Source: a virus (lineage: Duplodnaviria; Caudoviricetes). Taken from it: 38,757 bases of DNA. Made by a program: the position numbers and the translations under genes. The notes under the pieces were generated by a model, which had not been told where the DNA came from, ran no database searches, and worked only from the letters and a program-made list of their open reading frames with translations. Position 1 is the stretch's first letter, and each line of letters begins with the position of its first letter. The stretch is from positions 1 to 38,757 of the IMG/VR virus record IMGVR_UViG_3300021373_001838, one strand, 5' to 3'. Shown here piece by piece: positions 8,801 to 18,384 of this stretch.

Positions 8801-10684
8801 TTCGGGGTCGCTTACAAGAGAGCCGCTGTCAGACAGCTTGTAGTCATACTCAAAAGTAGAATCAAGACCATCATCTGTCACAGCCTTTATCTTGAAACCA
8901 GTAGGTGTACTGTCTGTTAACTCAATAGACTTGAACACCTTACCAGTGTTAGTCATTCTCTTCTTCAGAGACTCTACTGCCTCCTTCTGAGCTACACGCT
9001 GCATCTCAGGAGACAATGCTTGTATTGACTCCCTCTCTGCTATCTCAGCAGCTTCCCTCATTGGCTTTCTTACAGAGTCTACAAGTGTATCTACAAACTG
9101 AGGAGTCAATCCGTACAGCTCAGGGCTGTCTAATACAGAGGGGTTAGCTAAAGCCTCTACTATATCTTCTTTAGCAGAGTCAGGTGTACCGTTACGCGAA
9201 GCACCCACCTCAGCCTTCAGGCTATCTGCCTCTCTTGTCTTAATAGGTCGAGCAAGCTTAGCAGCTTCAGCTGATACCATCTGGTCGAACGTACTCTTGA
9301 GGTTCTCAGGTACGATACCTTGCTGTAGCCTAGATATGTCAGCAGCTGCCTGAGCAGATGCTTTGTTACTAGCTGTCAGTGCATCTACGCTTTCAAGTTG
9401 CCCCACCAACAGACGCTTACGGTCTTCGAGGGATGTAATCTGCCTAGTAGACAAAGCCTTCTCACCCAGCTTGGCACCTTCAAGGTTCTTCAGCTGTCGG
9501 TTTATCTTCTCGATGTCGTACTCAATACCTTGCTTCTTTGCCCGAAGCCTTTTAGCAGCACCCTTGCTTATCTTATTACCAGCTGAAGGCAGTAAGTCTT
9601 CTATGATGCGGTCGAGTACAGCCTTCCTTGTTTCTTGTGCAGGAGCAGATACACCATCTACAGCACCATTAGGTAACTCATCAATCCCTTTTGTTGGGCT
9701 GGCTGTAGTGCCTGCGTCTACTGTGTTCATGTCCATTGTCTTAACAGCTTCACCAGTCTTATCAGCACCTGTTAGTAATGTCTCAGCACCTGCTTGATCG
9801 ACATTACCTATGGCTACATCTCTTGATACAGAAGACCTACCTGCCTTGACTCTTTTACCTAGCTTCAGTAAACCACCAAGTATAGGGCCGACATCAAACA
9901 AAAGGACTGAAGCATCAAGTGCTCCCTTCACTGTCATATCCTGAACGATGTCATCGCTGTAGTACATCTCAATCATAGAGCGAACAACGAAAGGGTTGTT
10001 GTCTGCTGCTTTAGCAATAAGAGGAAGGCGCTCTTCCATTACTACCTTTTGCTCTTCAGCATCTAGTGACTGGAAGTAGGACATCTCAGCAAGCATACCG
10101 TTCCAATCAGTACCTATCATCTTAGCGTAATCAAAGAAGTCCTTGATCTCATCAGGCGCAAGCAGGTCTGCTACAAAGTTACCAGCAGTTTCTGCTACGT
10201 TGTTTTCCTCAAACAAATCCTCGGCTAAATCATAGACGTAAGACTTAGTTACCTCTTGTCGTTTACGGTAGTCGCTTATGTCCTCACTAGCAAACAGTTC
10301 ACTATATAGGAGGTTGGTTCCGTCATCTGGGTCAGAGATAGCCTCGTTCTCTAGCTCATTCATCTTTATATAATTTGCTGCTGTCTCTTGATAGTCAGGA
10401 CTAGAGGCACCATTAAGCAAATAATCAAACTTTTCTTTATTCTTCTTATCTAAATAGTCTTGCTTCTCCGTGTCTTCCAATGCTTTAATGTCAGCACCGT
10501 TCTCAGTAGCTGCCATTACATCGTTGAACTCATTAAGGAGGTCGCTGCCCCTGTTTTTCGAGCGTATCTTAGCCAGCTGTAGGGCATCCTTCCTTCTCTT
10601 TCTATCAGAAGAAACAATTTGCTTTATACCAAACACACCTTCTACCGAGGGAGTAGGGCTTGAATCAAACATGTTATCAGGCAT
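5834..10684 (-). CDS. Large internal virion (ejection) protein, 1616 aa
   Basis: Size and position after tail and core genes, as in podovirus ejectosome modules. Confidence 0.7.
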   Translation of the reverse strand: MPDNMFDSSPTPSVEGVFGIKQIVSSDRKRRKDALQLAKIRSKNRGSDLLNEFNDVMAATENGADIKALEDTEKQDYLDKKNKEKFDYLLNGASSPDYQETAANYIKMNELENEAISDPDDGTNLLYSELFASEDISDYRKRQEVTKSYVYDLAEDLFEENNVAETAGNFVADLLAPDEIKDFFDYAKMIGTDWNGMLAEMSYFQSLDAEEQKVVMEERLPLIAKAADNNPFVVRSMIEMYYSDDIVQDMTVKGALDASVLLFDVGPILGGLLKLGKRVKAGRSSVSRDVAIGNVDQAGAETLLTGADKTGEAVKTMDMNTVDAGTTASPTKGIDELPNGAVDGVSAPAQETRKAVLDRIIEDLLPSAGNKISKGAAKRLRAKKQGIEYDIEKINRQLKNLEGAKLGEKALSTRQITSLEDRKRLLVGQLESVDALTASNKASAQAAADISRLQQGIVPENLKSTFDQMVSAEAAKLARPIKTREADSLKAEVGASRNGTPDSAKEDIVEALANPSVLDSPELYGLTPQFVDTLVDSVRKPMREAAEIAERESIQALSPEMQRVAQKEAVESLKKRMTNTGKVFKSIELTDSTPTGFKIKAVTDDGLDSTFEYDYKLSDSGSLVSDPELAKSNVIPALRKVFSPDVVWREMLGEFISNITYAGQQSAKLANTLSKKYKDIEKGLSKQDGIDVDTLMQLGDEESTVFTYKELRYGMKEIHLDKQGIKKEYSDDVIRAYYKKRAFYDELHMFRNDMMYNQFKFMGFKNINYNGKSGASLQMMGKVYEDTRGIAKQLNDADVFVIDNMFNKEARFLGSKNEHSKKKLTDAGYKAVKLAEPMLIKKGEKGRATWALVREERVTALPKQVLNYSAGYVPRIYRSGYYFVKNMDGVHNETLYAFQKKADAQKYVDELHADPNSGYEKLQVREDREFSEFEKLNNNADSYGGLYTSHRKTSPLMVKGIDGAEDFRPERLSAAQATQRYIQGISDIMPTNTYRMSMVEQWRNTVNQIAKMEGRDWSLSKADGFDAKLNLSPHSTKLMNDAREYLRRSLNIPSEQETFFSNTMRDIGNIMEGSSSSSLNKGGDWVLNQIHKDPVRALKGLTFNLHLGWFNVRQLWVQAQNASLALSMHPINGAKAVAEYLPTRAAILSDNPDVWREVARRAKMDEAKFVENIKSIKDSGILDAIVRTADFDANVAGIGSSTFQGFRKAAKAGRIFYEEGEMSGRLIAWNIAKRNLRDEGKEVTPKSLSEETLRMHMNLQAENAAVWQTNVLGVPTQFQQVFAKFAENMLPATKGGTGKWTDKEKLSVLAGQIVLYGTVGVPLAEDFLAAGAEALGTTPLEIEKDNPTVMEGLEEGVWGVMLDTLGIENNFSESGNLLAGLKSNLATQLVLAFVDHMSGNDVDVDVIDVALGAGGNSIMRGKDAVVRTYEAARNIYTYPSPATLGQELVGVLDGLASTTSTWSNARKAMFAKHYGMGLRSKRGTVILTTEELGLNWQTAMARAFGFETDIENALWRAYEYNKESRDSIRQTTEDLRHAYESFMITGNVELWRARRAAIMGPYANTEAGRTIDRNFNRSTVSGDSMFTKQSEAFTKDYIGNGGTMPLEAGTLLNEER

Positions 10685-10699
10685 TTATAAGAATCCTAA

Positions 10700-11209
10700 T
10701 TATTTAATAGTGAAGCGTTGTGAAGGAGCAGGGCTTGAGACAGCTCCTGTATTAGGATCGACAACCCCTTTAGGTGCAGACGTACCCCCGTCAAACAGCC
10801 CTGACTGAGCACCCTGCATAGCTAAGCCAGCCAAGGCACTGTATGTACCAGCTTGGCTCTGCGCTCTAGCAGCCTTGATATTCTGCTGACCTATGGCACT
10901 GGTGAATGCAGAGGATTGATCTATGAAGTTCAGGTTCTCTGCCCTCTCTTGCGCTATGTTCCCACTGATACCAGCTGTCCTAGATGTCTGTGCTGTACCC
11001 TGAGCAAAGGCTGTAGCACGTAGCTCAGCCTGTGACTGTCGAGCAGCACGTATCTGCTTACGTCTTTCACGAGCTGTCTGCATAGCCTGTTGCTTCTGCT
11101 GTATCTTCTGTGCTCGCTCTTGAGCCTTGTTAGCCTTCTGACCCTGCACTACGCTGGCTGTTGTTCCAACTGCTGAGATAATAAGGGCCGTAGTTACTGG
11201 ATCACCCAT
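10700..11209 (-). CDS. Small internal virion protein (T7 gp14-like position and composition)
   Basis: MGDPVTTALIISAVGT N-terminus; Ala/Gln-rich coiled coil. Confidence 0.7.
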   Translation of the reverse strand: MGDPVTTALIISAVGTTASVVQGQKANKAQERAQKIQQKQQAMQTARERRKQIRAARQSQAELRATAFAQGTAQTSRTAGISGNIAQERAENLNFIDQSSAFTSAIGQQNIKAARAQSQAGTYSALAGLAMQGAQSGLFDGGTSAPKGVVDPNTGAVSSPAPSQRFTIK

Positions 11210-11508
11210 TACAATACCCTCCGATACAATGTACTGTCTTGAAACTCTAACAACGGTGTTAGTCCGAACATATCCTGAAACCTCTCTATCTTATCATCTT
11301 TAGGTATTAGTGAGAACACTTCATCAATCCCTCTCTTCTTAAACTCTTCTAGTATCCCCACCCATACACCCTTCATATCCTTGTACATCTTGACATTCCA
11401 CATGTAGGGCTGTACATCCATGTGCAGCATGACTGATCCAGTGCTGGCTACCTCTACTGAGAACACCCAGCCATCACCTTCAGCCATAACCAGCCTCTCA
11501 TCAGACAC
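11209..11508 (-). CDS. Putative GNAT-like virion assembly protein (T7 gp13-like position)
   Basis: Position between nozzle and ejection genes; C-terminal ERFQDMFGL motif. Confidence 0.5.
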   Translation of the reverse strand: MSDERLVMAEGDGWVFSVEVASTGSVMLHMDVQPYMWNVKMYKDMKGVWVGILEEFKKRGIDEVFSLIPKDDKIERFQDMFGLTPLLEFQDSTLYRRVL

Positions 11509-13984
11509 TTTGTACTCCAGTAATGGGCATACCCCATCCTAATATCTGACAATCCTTAGCTGCTGTTGTCTCGAATTTAAAACTTACGGCTACCCCGCTA
11601 CCTCTTATCTTAGTTTTAGTAGTCACCACAGAGTAGCCGTAATCGAAGCCATCCTCTACGTCTGAAGGAATATAATTCCTACGTAGACGGTACGCCTCAA
11701 ACTGTGTACCCCACTTACCGCTAGTGGCACTGTCTGCAAAGTCCCATTGTGCCTGTACTTTACAGCTAGATGGATTAACTGCCTCCATCTCCCCATCTAC
11801 TTCTTCAAAGCCTGTCTCAGAACGATTGAAGTGCATGGTTAGGTATGGGACTTGCTTGTTACGCTGTGTGTCACCACCTAGCTCGTAGCCTGTGATTAAG
11901 TAAGCGGGACTGTCTACCTCACCCCAATCCAAATAATCTACCTGACCGTATAGGGAGAAGCTAAACTCATACGTACTGCCTACACCTGTAGGTGCTAGTG
12001 TCAGGTATTTAGTTACGCTATTACCACGCCCTCTTGTAGGTGTAGTTATTACAACATCTTCACCGTTCACCTGTACCTGCTCACCATCCACCACTACACT
12101 CTGTACATCATTCACCACGATGAAGTTCTCTGTCTCTACATAAGCAGCCAGATACTTACCTTCAGATGAATCACCTATAGCGTGTACGTAGAATGCCTGT
12201 AACACTGTGTCGTACACCAGCTCTTTGTTATACTTGTTCTGGAATGTAACACCGTTGTAGCTGTCTTCATCGTTATACAACCATGTGATCTTACGGTTGA
12301 CTGAATCAAACCTACCCTTAACAAATGTCTTAGCTACATTCGAGATGTCATTGTAGAATGTCTGGATGGTAGTCTCTGTAATGTTCTGAGCATTCAGCTT
12401 GCCACTAACCTGATCTGCTGTGAGTGCATAGATGCCGCCCTCAGCCCAGTATATCACTGTGTCCTCTGCCACAACTACGCTGTCAGGGCTAGAGCACCCG
12501 ATGTTAGTGACCTGTGAGATGCTGTACTCGTCTGCCTTGAACACACCATCTGGGCCTGTGATCTCCCATACACCGTTCTCTGCTATAACAACAAGAGATG
12601 CACGAGCTACCACTAGCTTAACAATGTTAGCAGCTTCAGCTATCTTAATGAAGCCACCATCTGTAGCTACAAGAGCGAAGTCATCCTCAGATGTAGGATC
12701 TGCTGTTTGATAACACTTCTCGAACTGTTGGAAGTTATCTATGCTCTGAGTAAAGAACAGACACCCTGTATAGTCAGGGCTTTGATCTTGAGGTTCATCT
12801 ATATCGCTATCTACTCCAGCGTAGAACAACCTGTTAGCATAAGACACAACCTGAGAGATGTTGGATTTTTCAGAGTCTGCTCGTAGGTCGGTTACTGAGC
12901 CTTCGCTTACCCTGCTTGCTCCTCTGTCAAAAGCATCTATTATGTACCGACCTCTAGGAGCAAACGAGGTTGTAACACCTTGCAAATCAAGAAGGTCGGC
13001 ATCCCAGATAGGGTCGCCACTGCTGTTAGTGCTGTTACCTGTGAACCTTATATCGCAGTTGGCAGGGTATCCTAGATCACCAGATGTGACGGTAACTAAG
13101 GTCGCTCCAGTGTAACCTCCCACCCCGTATTTGCTATCCAGTTCAGCTTTTTGCTCATACTGTCTTTTGGTGCCGCCTAGGTATGCCGATCCTTTATACC
13201 TCGTAACGGAGTTAGGCTGACCAGCTGGGCCGTTTTTAGTAAACAAACCGGGGTATAGATCGGCAAGTGTCTTAGAGCCTACAACTATGTCTAATCTTTT
13301 GAGTGCTTTAGGAATACCTATACTTGCGCCAGCCCATCCTTGGTTCTTCAGGTTGTATTCATGGGCCGGTGTTAGTTCTGTAGGTCTTTCATCTACAGGC
13401 AGTCCGTCCTCTACACCCCATAGATCCCTGACTTTAATACGGATAGCAGACGCATTAACTGCACCTACTCCATCTTCCTCCCCTAAGTATTCTAAGTAGA
13501 CTGGGTAATCCATTTCTTTACTGGCTACAACAAGCACACCGCCTATAGAGGCGAATGACATAGGCTCGTTACCAGAGATAGAGACAGGTAGAATGCTTGT
13601 ATCAAACACTACAGGCTGTATATTACCTGAAGCATCTGTACCCTTCATCGCTGTCGATAGTGTGTCAGAAAACAGGTCAGTGAACCACAACCGATTACCT
13701 ATCTGTATCACACCAATAGATAAAGTGGGATCATTATTAACATTAGTCCACTTGTAAGTCTGTATGGCATAGTTACCCACTGAGGTAGCTGTACGCTCAG
13801 TGTCTATAGTTGTACCTGTGCCCTCAATAGCCATCCCCAATCTACGCTTAATACTGCCATCCCTATTCAACTCAAAGTTCTGTAGGTCAATGGCAGCATT
13901 CTCTGGGAATGTTAGGGCTGTAGCTTCTGTAATCAAACCTCTTACAAAAGAATTACGCTCTATACTACTCTTCGCTATAGGCAT
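11501..13984 (-). CDS. Tail tubular protein B (nozzle)
   Basis: NSFVRGLIT...NFELNRDGSIKRRLG N-terminus, YANRLFYAG beta-propeller-like motifs, 827 aa. Confidence 0.85.
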   Translation of the reverse strand: MPIAKSSIERNSFVRGLITEATALTFPENAAIDLQNFELNRDGSIKRRLGMAIEGTGTTIDTERTATSVGNYAIQTYKWTNVNNDPTLSIGVIQIGNRLWFTDLFSDTLSTAMKGTDASGNIQPVVFDTSILPVSISGNEPMSFASIGGVLVVASKEMDYPVYLEYLGEEDGVGAVNASAIRIKVRDLWGVEDGLPVDERPTELTPAHEYNLKNQGWAGASIGIPKALKRLDIVVGSKTLADLYPGLFTKNGPAGQPNSVTRYKGSAYLGGTKRQYEQKAELDSKYGVGGYTGATLVTVTSGDLGYPANCDIRFTGNSTNSSGDPIWDADLLDLQGVTTSFAPRGRYIIDAFDRGASRVSEGSVTDLRADSEKSNISQVVSYANRLFYAGVDSDIDEPQDQSPDYTGCLFFTQSIDNFQQFEKCYQTADPTSEDDFALVATDGGFIKIAEAANIVKLVVARASLVVIAENGVWEITGPDGVFKADEYSISQVTNIGCSSPDSVVVAEDTVIYWAEGGIYALTADQVSGKLNAQNITETTIQTFYNDISNVAKTFVKGRFDSVNRKITWLYNDEDSYNGVTFQNKYNKELVYDTVLQAFYVHAIGDSSEGKYLAAYVETENFIVVNDVQSVVVDGEQVQVNGEDVVITTPTRGRGNSVTKYLTLAPTGVGSTYEFSFSLYGQVDYLDWGEVDSPAYLITGYELGGDTQRNKQVPYLTMHFNRSETGFEEVDGEMEAVNPSSCKVQAQWDFADSATSGKWGTQFEAYRLRRNYIPSDVEDGFDYGYSVVTTKTKIRGSGVAVSFKFETTAAKDCQILGWGMPITGVQSV

Positions 13985-14153
13985 TGTTAGATTTTCTCAC
14001 ACGTTTCTTAGGAATGTATGCAGCTATGGCAGCCTGTGCTCTTGCTTTCGAGGTGTAGTATCCACCTAGTTCCTTTGGCATCTGACCGCCTCCCTCGTAG
14101 TGTACGAAGAAGCCATATGGCCCTTGCTTTACCTGTAACTGTTTACTCATCAT
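13965..14153 (-). CDS. Small hypothetical protein (GGGQMPKELGGYYTS)
   Basis: Overlaps both neighbouring genes in the operon. Confidence 0.7.
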   Translation of the reverse strand: MMSKQLQVKQGPYGFFVHYEGGGQMPKELGGYYTSKARAQAAIAAYIPKKRVRKSNNAYSEE

Positions 14154-14965
14154 AGATCCTGAATGTCAACTAGGTTAGTGAATGAAGGGTTCCTACCACT
14201 ACGACCTTTACGGCTAGACCTTGCATAGTTTGGCATACGTATCCCGCCAGCTGCTCTCCAGCTCTTACGTGACATGGCATTACGCTGACGTATAGCTTGT
14301 TGCTCTGCCTTGTTGTCTGTCAACTGCTTTAGCCGTGAGAAGCAAGCAGCCTTCGCCTCAGCGAGAAGACGAGAGAACGCCTCATCGGGTAGGTCTGGTA
14401 TGAAATCGTTGCTGAGAGTCCATGAGGGGCTTCTGTAGGCCACACACTGACTCTTGCTAGACTGTAGTGTACTGTCCACTGCACTGTCGAAGCTGTTGAA
14501 CACCACCCACTCGTCATCGAAGCTAGTCCAATAGGTAGGGGCTTGGTCATTCTTAACAGCTATAGCCACACCTGAGTAGTCAGTCACTGCTTGTACAGCA
14601 GCATCGTCTATGTTGTAGCCATTCACTATGTGTAAGAACTCATCAGGATATTTATACTGTACATCCTGAAACTTAGTGCGTGTCTCACCTGTCTTAACCT
14701 TGTTATACTTTAACACCTGTAAGCTCTTAACGTTATCAGGGAGCTTCATGTGTGTAGGCTTAGCCGTATCACCACTGGCATCTAATGACATCAGTGTACG
14801 TAGGTGAGGCCAGCTGTCCTTGCTGTCGATCATATCGTAGAACGAGCTACGTATAATCTGTACTACCTGTAGACTATCGGGTGTATCGTTTATATCATTG
14901 ATTTCATCGCTATCCATGTCGGACATGATGTCTTGAGTCATCTCAAGCAGCGTCATCTTAGGCAT
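14150..14965 (-). CDS. Tail tubular protein A (head-tail adaptor)
   Basis: MTLLEMTQDIMSDMDSDEINDINDT N-terminus; position upstream of the nozzle. Confidence 0.8.
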   Translation of the reverse strand: MPKMTLLEMTQDIMSDMDSDEINDINDTPDSLQVVQIIRSSFYDMIDSKDSWPHLRTLMSLDASGDTAKPTHMKLPDNVKSLQVLKYNKVKTGETRTKFQDVQYKYPDEFLHIVNGYNIDDAAVQAVTDYSGVAIAVKNDQAPTYWTSFDDEWVVFNSFDSAVDSTLQSSKSQCVAYRSPSWTLSNDFIPDLPDEAFSRLLAEAKAACFSRLKQLTDNKAEQQAIRQRNAMSRKSWRAAGGIRMPNYARSSRKGRSGRNPSFTNLVDIQDL

Positions 14966-15573
14966 TATATATATTCCGGAGTTCGTTTATTTGTTCGGAC
15001 ATACCAACCGTTAGTATCTATTGAATCTGCGTTTGTTCCACAAAGAATGTACACCTCTGCTGGGTTGTCTCTTGTGTTAGTGTCCCCCATATAGACACTG
15101 TACCACGCAGTAAACTGATACGTTCCTGCATCTCTCCACTCCAACCTCTTAACAAGAAGGTCGTAAGGACTTGCCCCTACTCCGGGTCGAAATATAATAC
15201 TAACATCGTCGTTAGCGCCGCTTGTAGTGACAATAAAGTCAAAGCGTATATCTACAGAGTCACCTAAATCTAAATGACTAAAATCAAACTGGTTTGTAGA
15301 AGTATTCCATATGTCGGGGTAGGCAGGTATCTTATAGGTTTTGTTTGTAAAAGAACCGTTGCCATCGTTTAATACTTTCTCTGCGACACCTGTTGCTGGT
15401 GTAAGAGTTGGAGAAGACAGGTCGTTATAATCCTCTACACCTGTGGCATAGGGTGTTTTCCAAGAGCCACTTCCAGCACCATCGGCTACATACACCTGAT
15501 CGGCTGTAGCTGAAGCAACACCTTTAGGCTCATGTAGGTTGCCTGTGCTTATTGTACTATGCTCTATAGCGAT
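14965..15573 (-). CDS. Virion fibre-like structural protein; probable ATC start at 15573 (ORF track starts at 15666)
   Basis: AIEHSTISTGNLHEPKG...QVYVADGAGSGSW resembles a recurring podovirus fibre N-terminus; GGAGG 8 nt before ATC. Confidence 0.65.
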   Translation of the reverse strand: MAIEHSTISTGNLHEPKGVASATADQVYVADGAGSGSWKTPYATGVEDYNDLSSPTLTPATGVAEKVLNDGNGSFTNKTYKIPAYPDIWNTSTNQFDFSHLDLGDSVDIRFDFIVTTSGANDDVSIIFRPGVGASPYDLLVKRLEWRDAGTYQFTAWYSVYMGDTNTRDNPAEVYILCGTNADSIDTNGWYVRTNKRTPEYI

Positions 15574-15577
15574 TTTG

Positions 15578-16060
15578 CTATCCTCCCACTGGCATATCTG
15601 GCCAGTATCTGTTACTTTTGCTTCTGTTGAGTTCTGAAGGAATACACCGCAGGTTAGCAGGCACATGTAGTCCAGAAACTATGTTACTTACTAGAGGTAC
15701 TATGTGGTCTACTTCTAAACCTTTTTCTCTAGCAAGCTCGTATATATGATCTATCTCTTTCAAATCAGCCCAAGGCGGGGTTGCGTTCTTTTTACTAGCC
15801 CTCCTTCTGCCCTCGTTAGCTGTTCTTTTAGCTCTGTGTTTCTTATTGTACTCAGATGCGTGGTATGCAAGCCGGTCTTTGTTATCAGCAGCCCACTCTC
15901 TACACATCCTTCTGTGAGAAGCTCTGTTGTTTTCTCTCCATCTGGCAGTCTGCTCTCTGTCACAAGGCTTGCACCTATAAGACAAGCCATCTTTGGCACT
16001 CTTTAACCTACCAAAAGACTCTGTTGGTTTCTGTTCCTTACACTGAGAACATACCTTCAT
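15578..16060 (-). mobile_element. Free-standing HNH homing endonuclease with N-terminal Cys4 zinc finger
   Basis: CSQC...CKPC; VDHIVPL...GLHVPANLRCIPSELNRSKSN. Confidence 0.85.
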
Positions 16061-16076
16061 TTTACTTTCCTATGTT

Positions 16077-16105
16077 AAAAGGATTGGGAGGCCCGAAGAC
16101 CTCCC
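16077..16105 (-). terminator. Probable intrinsic terminator after the capsid genes
   Basis: Minus strand GGGAGG-TC-TTCG-GG-CCTCCC (cUUCGg loop) followed by AATCCTTTT. Confidence 0.65.
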
Positions 16106-16119
16106 TCCCCTAATGGTTT

Positions 16120-16632
16120 TTAACTACCGTCTTGTGCTGAGCTGAATCGTGAGTAACGAATTACAACTCGTGCTCGACCGCTACCAGCAGTAACCGCAGC
16201 ATCTGTACCTGATACAAGAACAGATACAGCACTGTCAGCTGCTAATGCAGCAGTAGGTACGTAAGTACCGCTACCTGTTGCATCGATTTCGATAGCAGCT
16301 ACGTCTGGTTGTGCTACAGCAAAGCCATTTGCAGCTGGGTCAGCAGAATCACCGATGCTGAAAATGTTATCAGCATTGCCTACAGTAAAGGCTTCAGTAA
16401 TTTCTGTAACACAGTTAACAACTATGCTGCCAGCAGGGAGTACAAGGTCAGTGGCAAAAGAAGTAGTACCGTTGAAGTCGTCGCCAGTGATATACACTAC
16501 CGCTTCCTTAACTGTACCACCGTTACCAGCAACCTTACCACCTGATACAACACCAGCTTCGGTATCACGAACACCGTAGTGATTGTTCGAGCTTCCACTT
16601 GTTAATGGAAATGCGTTATTTTCGTATGACAT
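16120..16632 (-). CDS. Putative capsid decoration / minor head protein
   Basis: Directly downstream of the capsid gene, before the terminator; beta-rich, LPAGSIV and GRARVVIRY motifs. Confidence 0.65.
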   Translation of the reverse strand: MSYENNAFPLTSGSSNNHYGVRDTEAGVVSGGKVAGNGGTVKEAVVYITGDDFNGTTSFATDLVLPAGSIVVNCVTEITEAFTVGNADNIFSIGDSADPAANGFAVAQPDVAAIEIDATGSGTYVPTAALAADSAVSVLVSGTDAAVTAGSGRARVVIRYSRFSSAQDGS

Positions 16633-16646
16633 TATAATTTCTCCTA

Positions 16647-17627
16647 TTACGCGTTAGATTCAGTTAAGGTACCATCGACGTAGATAACACCCAGCGAATC
16701 TAAACGCTGAACACCATCACCCCAACGAGTCTTAGTTACAAACTCATCACGACCTTTGCTGATGTCACGGTCTGTTTCAGTAGAAGGAGTTTGTCTCCAA
16801 GCTACCATTCCGGGCTTGCACTGGTCGTCAGCTACACACATAAAGATGTTAGCAACACCAGCACGAGTGATAGTGTTACCATCAATGTCAGTGCCAGCAG
16901 CTGCTGTAGGTAGACGGTTAGAAGTCCAGATAGACCAACCGTGGATGTCAGTAACAAACTTGTGATCCTTGTCAAAACCATCTTTAACAAGCTGTTGGAA
17001 CAACGGGCCTGAAGAACCGATACCAGCGTTAGAAGTCAACTGGATAGTTTTCGAGAATGTTGCAGCAACAATAGGATCAACCAAAGCAATACGACCGTTC
17101 ATAGGTACGTTAGCTTTGTCGAATGCTAAACGCATGTCGATCAAGTCAGATTCCAACATTACTTGGTTAGTACCACCAGATCCGATAGATCGGTGAGCAA
17201 AACCGTTGATGTTGTTAGGATCACCAGCAGTCTGAGCAGCATCTAGTGTAGCAAGGAAGCGTGATTCAAAAGTTTCTTGAATAGCACGAGTACCTTCTGA
17301 TGCTCGCATTGACAACAGCTGCTCTACTTGAGCACCGTCTTGACGCATGATGTCAGTCACATAGAAACCATCACCGATGTAGTCACTGATTTGAAGCTGG
17401 ACATTACCAGACTCAATCGGGTTGTAAGTGATGTCTTCGTCTTCAGTGATTTCCTGAATGGTTGCACTACCAATGGTCTTGATGTTGAGAGTGGTTCCGT
17501 TAGGGAAGTCAGTTACGTTACGATATAGGGTATTTGGTAACAACCCGTCATGCAGATTCTGCAAGATGAAGGTCGAATACTGTGTCGCCTCGATGAAGGC
17601 GGGGTTACTTGAGCTAGTGATAGCCAT
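16647..17627 (-). CDS. Major capsid protein
   Basis: FIEATQYSTFILQNLHDGLLP, FPNGTTLNIKTIG, FDKANVPMNGR motifs; follows scaffold and portal. Confidence 0.9.
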   Translation of the reverse strand: MAITSSSNPAFIEATQYSTFILQNLHDGLLPNTLYRNVTDFPNGTTLNIKTIGSATIQEITEDEDITYNPIESGNVQLQISDYIGDGFYVTDIMRQDGAQVEQLLSMRASEGTRAIQETFESRFLATLDAAQTAGDPNNINGFAHRSIGSGGTNQVMLESDLIDMRLAFDKANVPMNGRIALVDPIVAATFSKTIQLTSNAGIGSSGPLFQQLVKDGFDKDHKFVTDIHGWSIWTSNRLPTAAAGTDIDGNTITRAGVANIFMCVADDQCKPGMVAWRQTPSTETDRDISKGRDEFVTKTRWGDGVQRLDSLGVIYVDGTLTESNA

Positions 17628-17639
17628 TGTATTTCTCCG

Positions 17640-18383
17640 TTAAGTTAATTTAGACATTGCTTCAGCTTTAGCTGCTGCCCACTTGTCTGCTGTTGTAGTA
17701 TCACCTTGCGAGAACTTACGCATGTAATCTGGTTGAGGCTTCTCTACAGGTCGGGCCGAGATGTTTACACTACTACCTGTAGTGGGTTGTGGATCTCGGA
17801 CAGACGGTGCATTGAATAGCTCCATTACCAGTTGAGGTGATGACTTCGCTAGTTCAGTCAGTTGGCCAACGGACATGTTTAGTTGTTTAGCTCTGCCTTC
17901 AAACTCAGCAGAAGCTCCTTCCCCAAACTTACCCGATAGTGCATTACGCACTTGTGCAGCATTAGTTTCAGCTACGTCCTGTTGGGCTTTAGATTGTAGC
18001 ATGTTCGCTACTACGTTTTCTATAGCAGTCTCATCTAGCCCTGCAACGGAGGGTTGTTCCGTAACTTGCTGTTGTGACTGTTGTAGACTAGCAAGTAGTT
18101 CTTCAGCACCTTGACGCTTAGCCACTTCTTCCTCTAGCTGCTTAACCTTATTAGTGAGTTCACTGATATGGCCTTGTGCATGAGGGATAGAAGCCAACGC
18201 TGTTGGTACATCCGAATACTTCTGCCTACCATCGTCGGTCGTAATGCTTGAGAGCTGGTCAGCAAACAAACTATTAGGATCAACTTGCACACTTTGTTCA
18301 ACTGGTGCTTCAGTTGGTGCTGCTTGGTCGGCTGGCACTTGTTGATTTGCTTCACCGTTAGGGTTACTAACTTGGTCATTCAT
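17640..18383 (-). CDS. Capsid scaffolding protein
   Basis: Low-complexity acidic N-terminus, coiled coil, immediately upstream of the capsid gene. Confidence 0.8.
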   Translation of the reverse strand: MNDQVSNPNGEANQQVPADQAAPTEAPVEQSVQVDPNSLFADQLSSITTDDGRQKYSDVPTALASIPHAQGHISELTNKVKQLEEEVAKRQGAEELLASLQQSQQQVTEQPSVAGLDETAIENVVANMLQSKAQQDVAETNAAQVRNALSGKFGEGASAEFEGRAKQLNMSVGQLTELAKSSPQLVMELFNAPSVRDPQPTTGSSVNISARPVEKPQPDYMRKFSQGDTTTADKWAAAKAEAMSKLT

Positions 18384-18384
18384 T

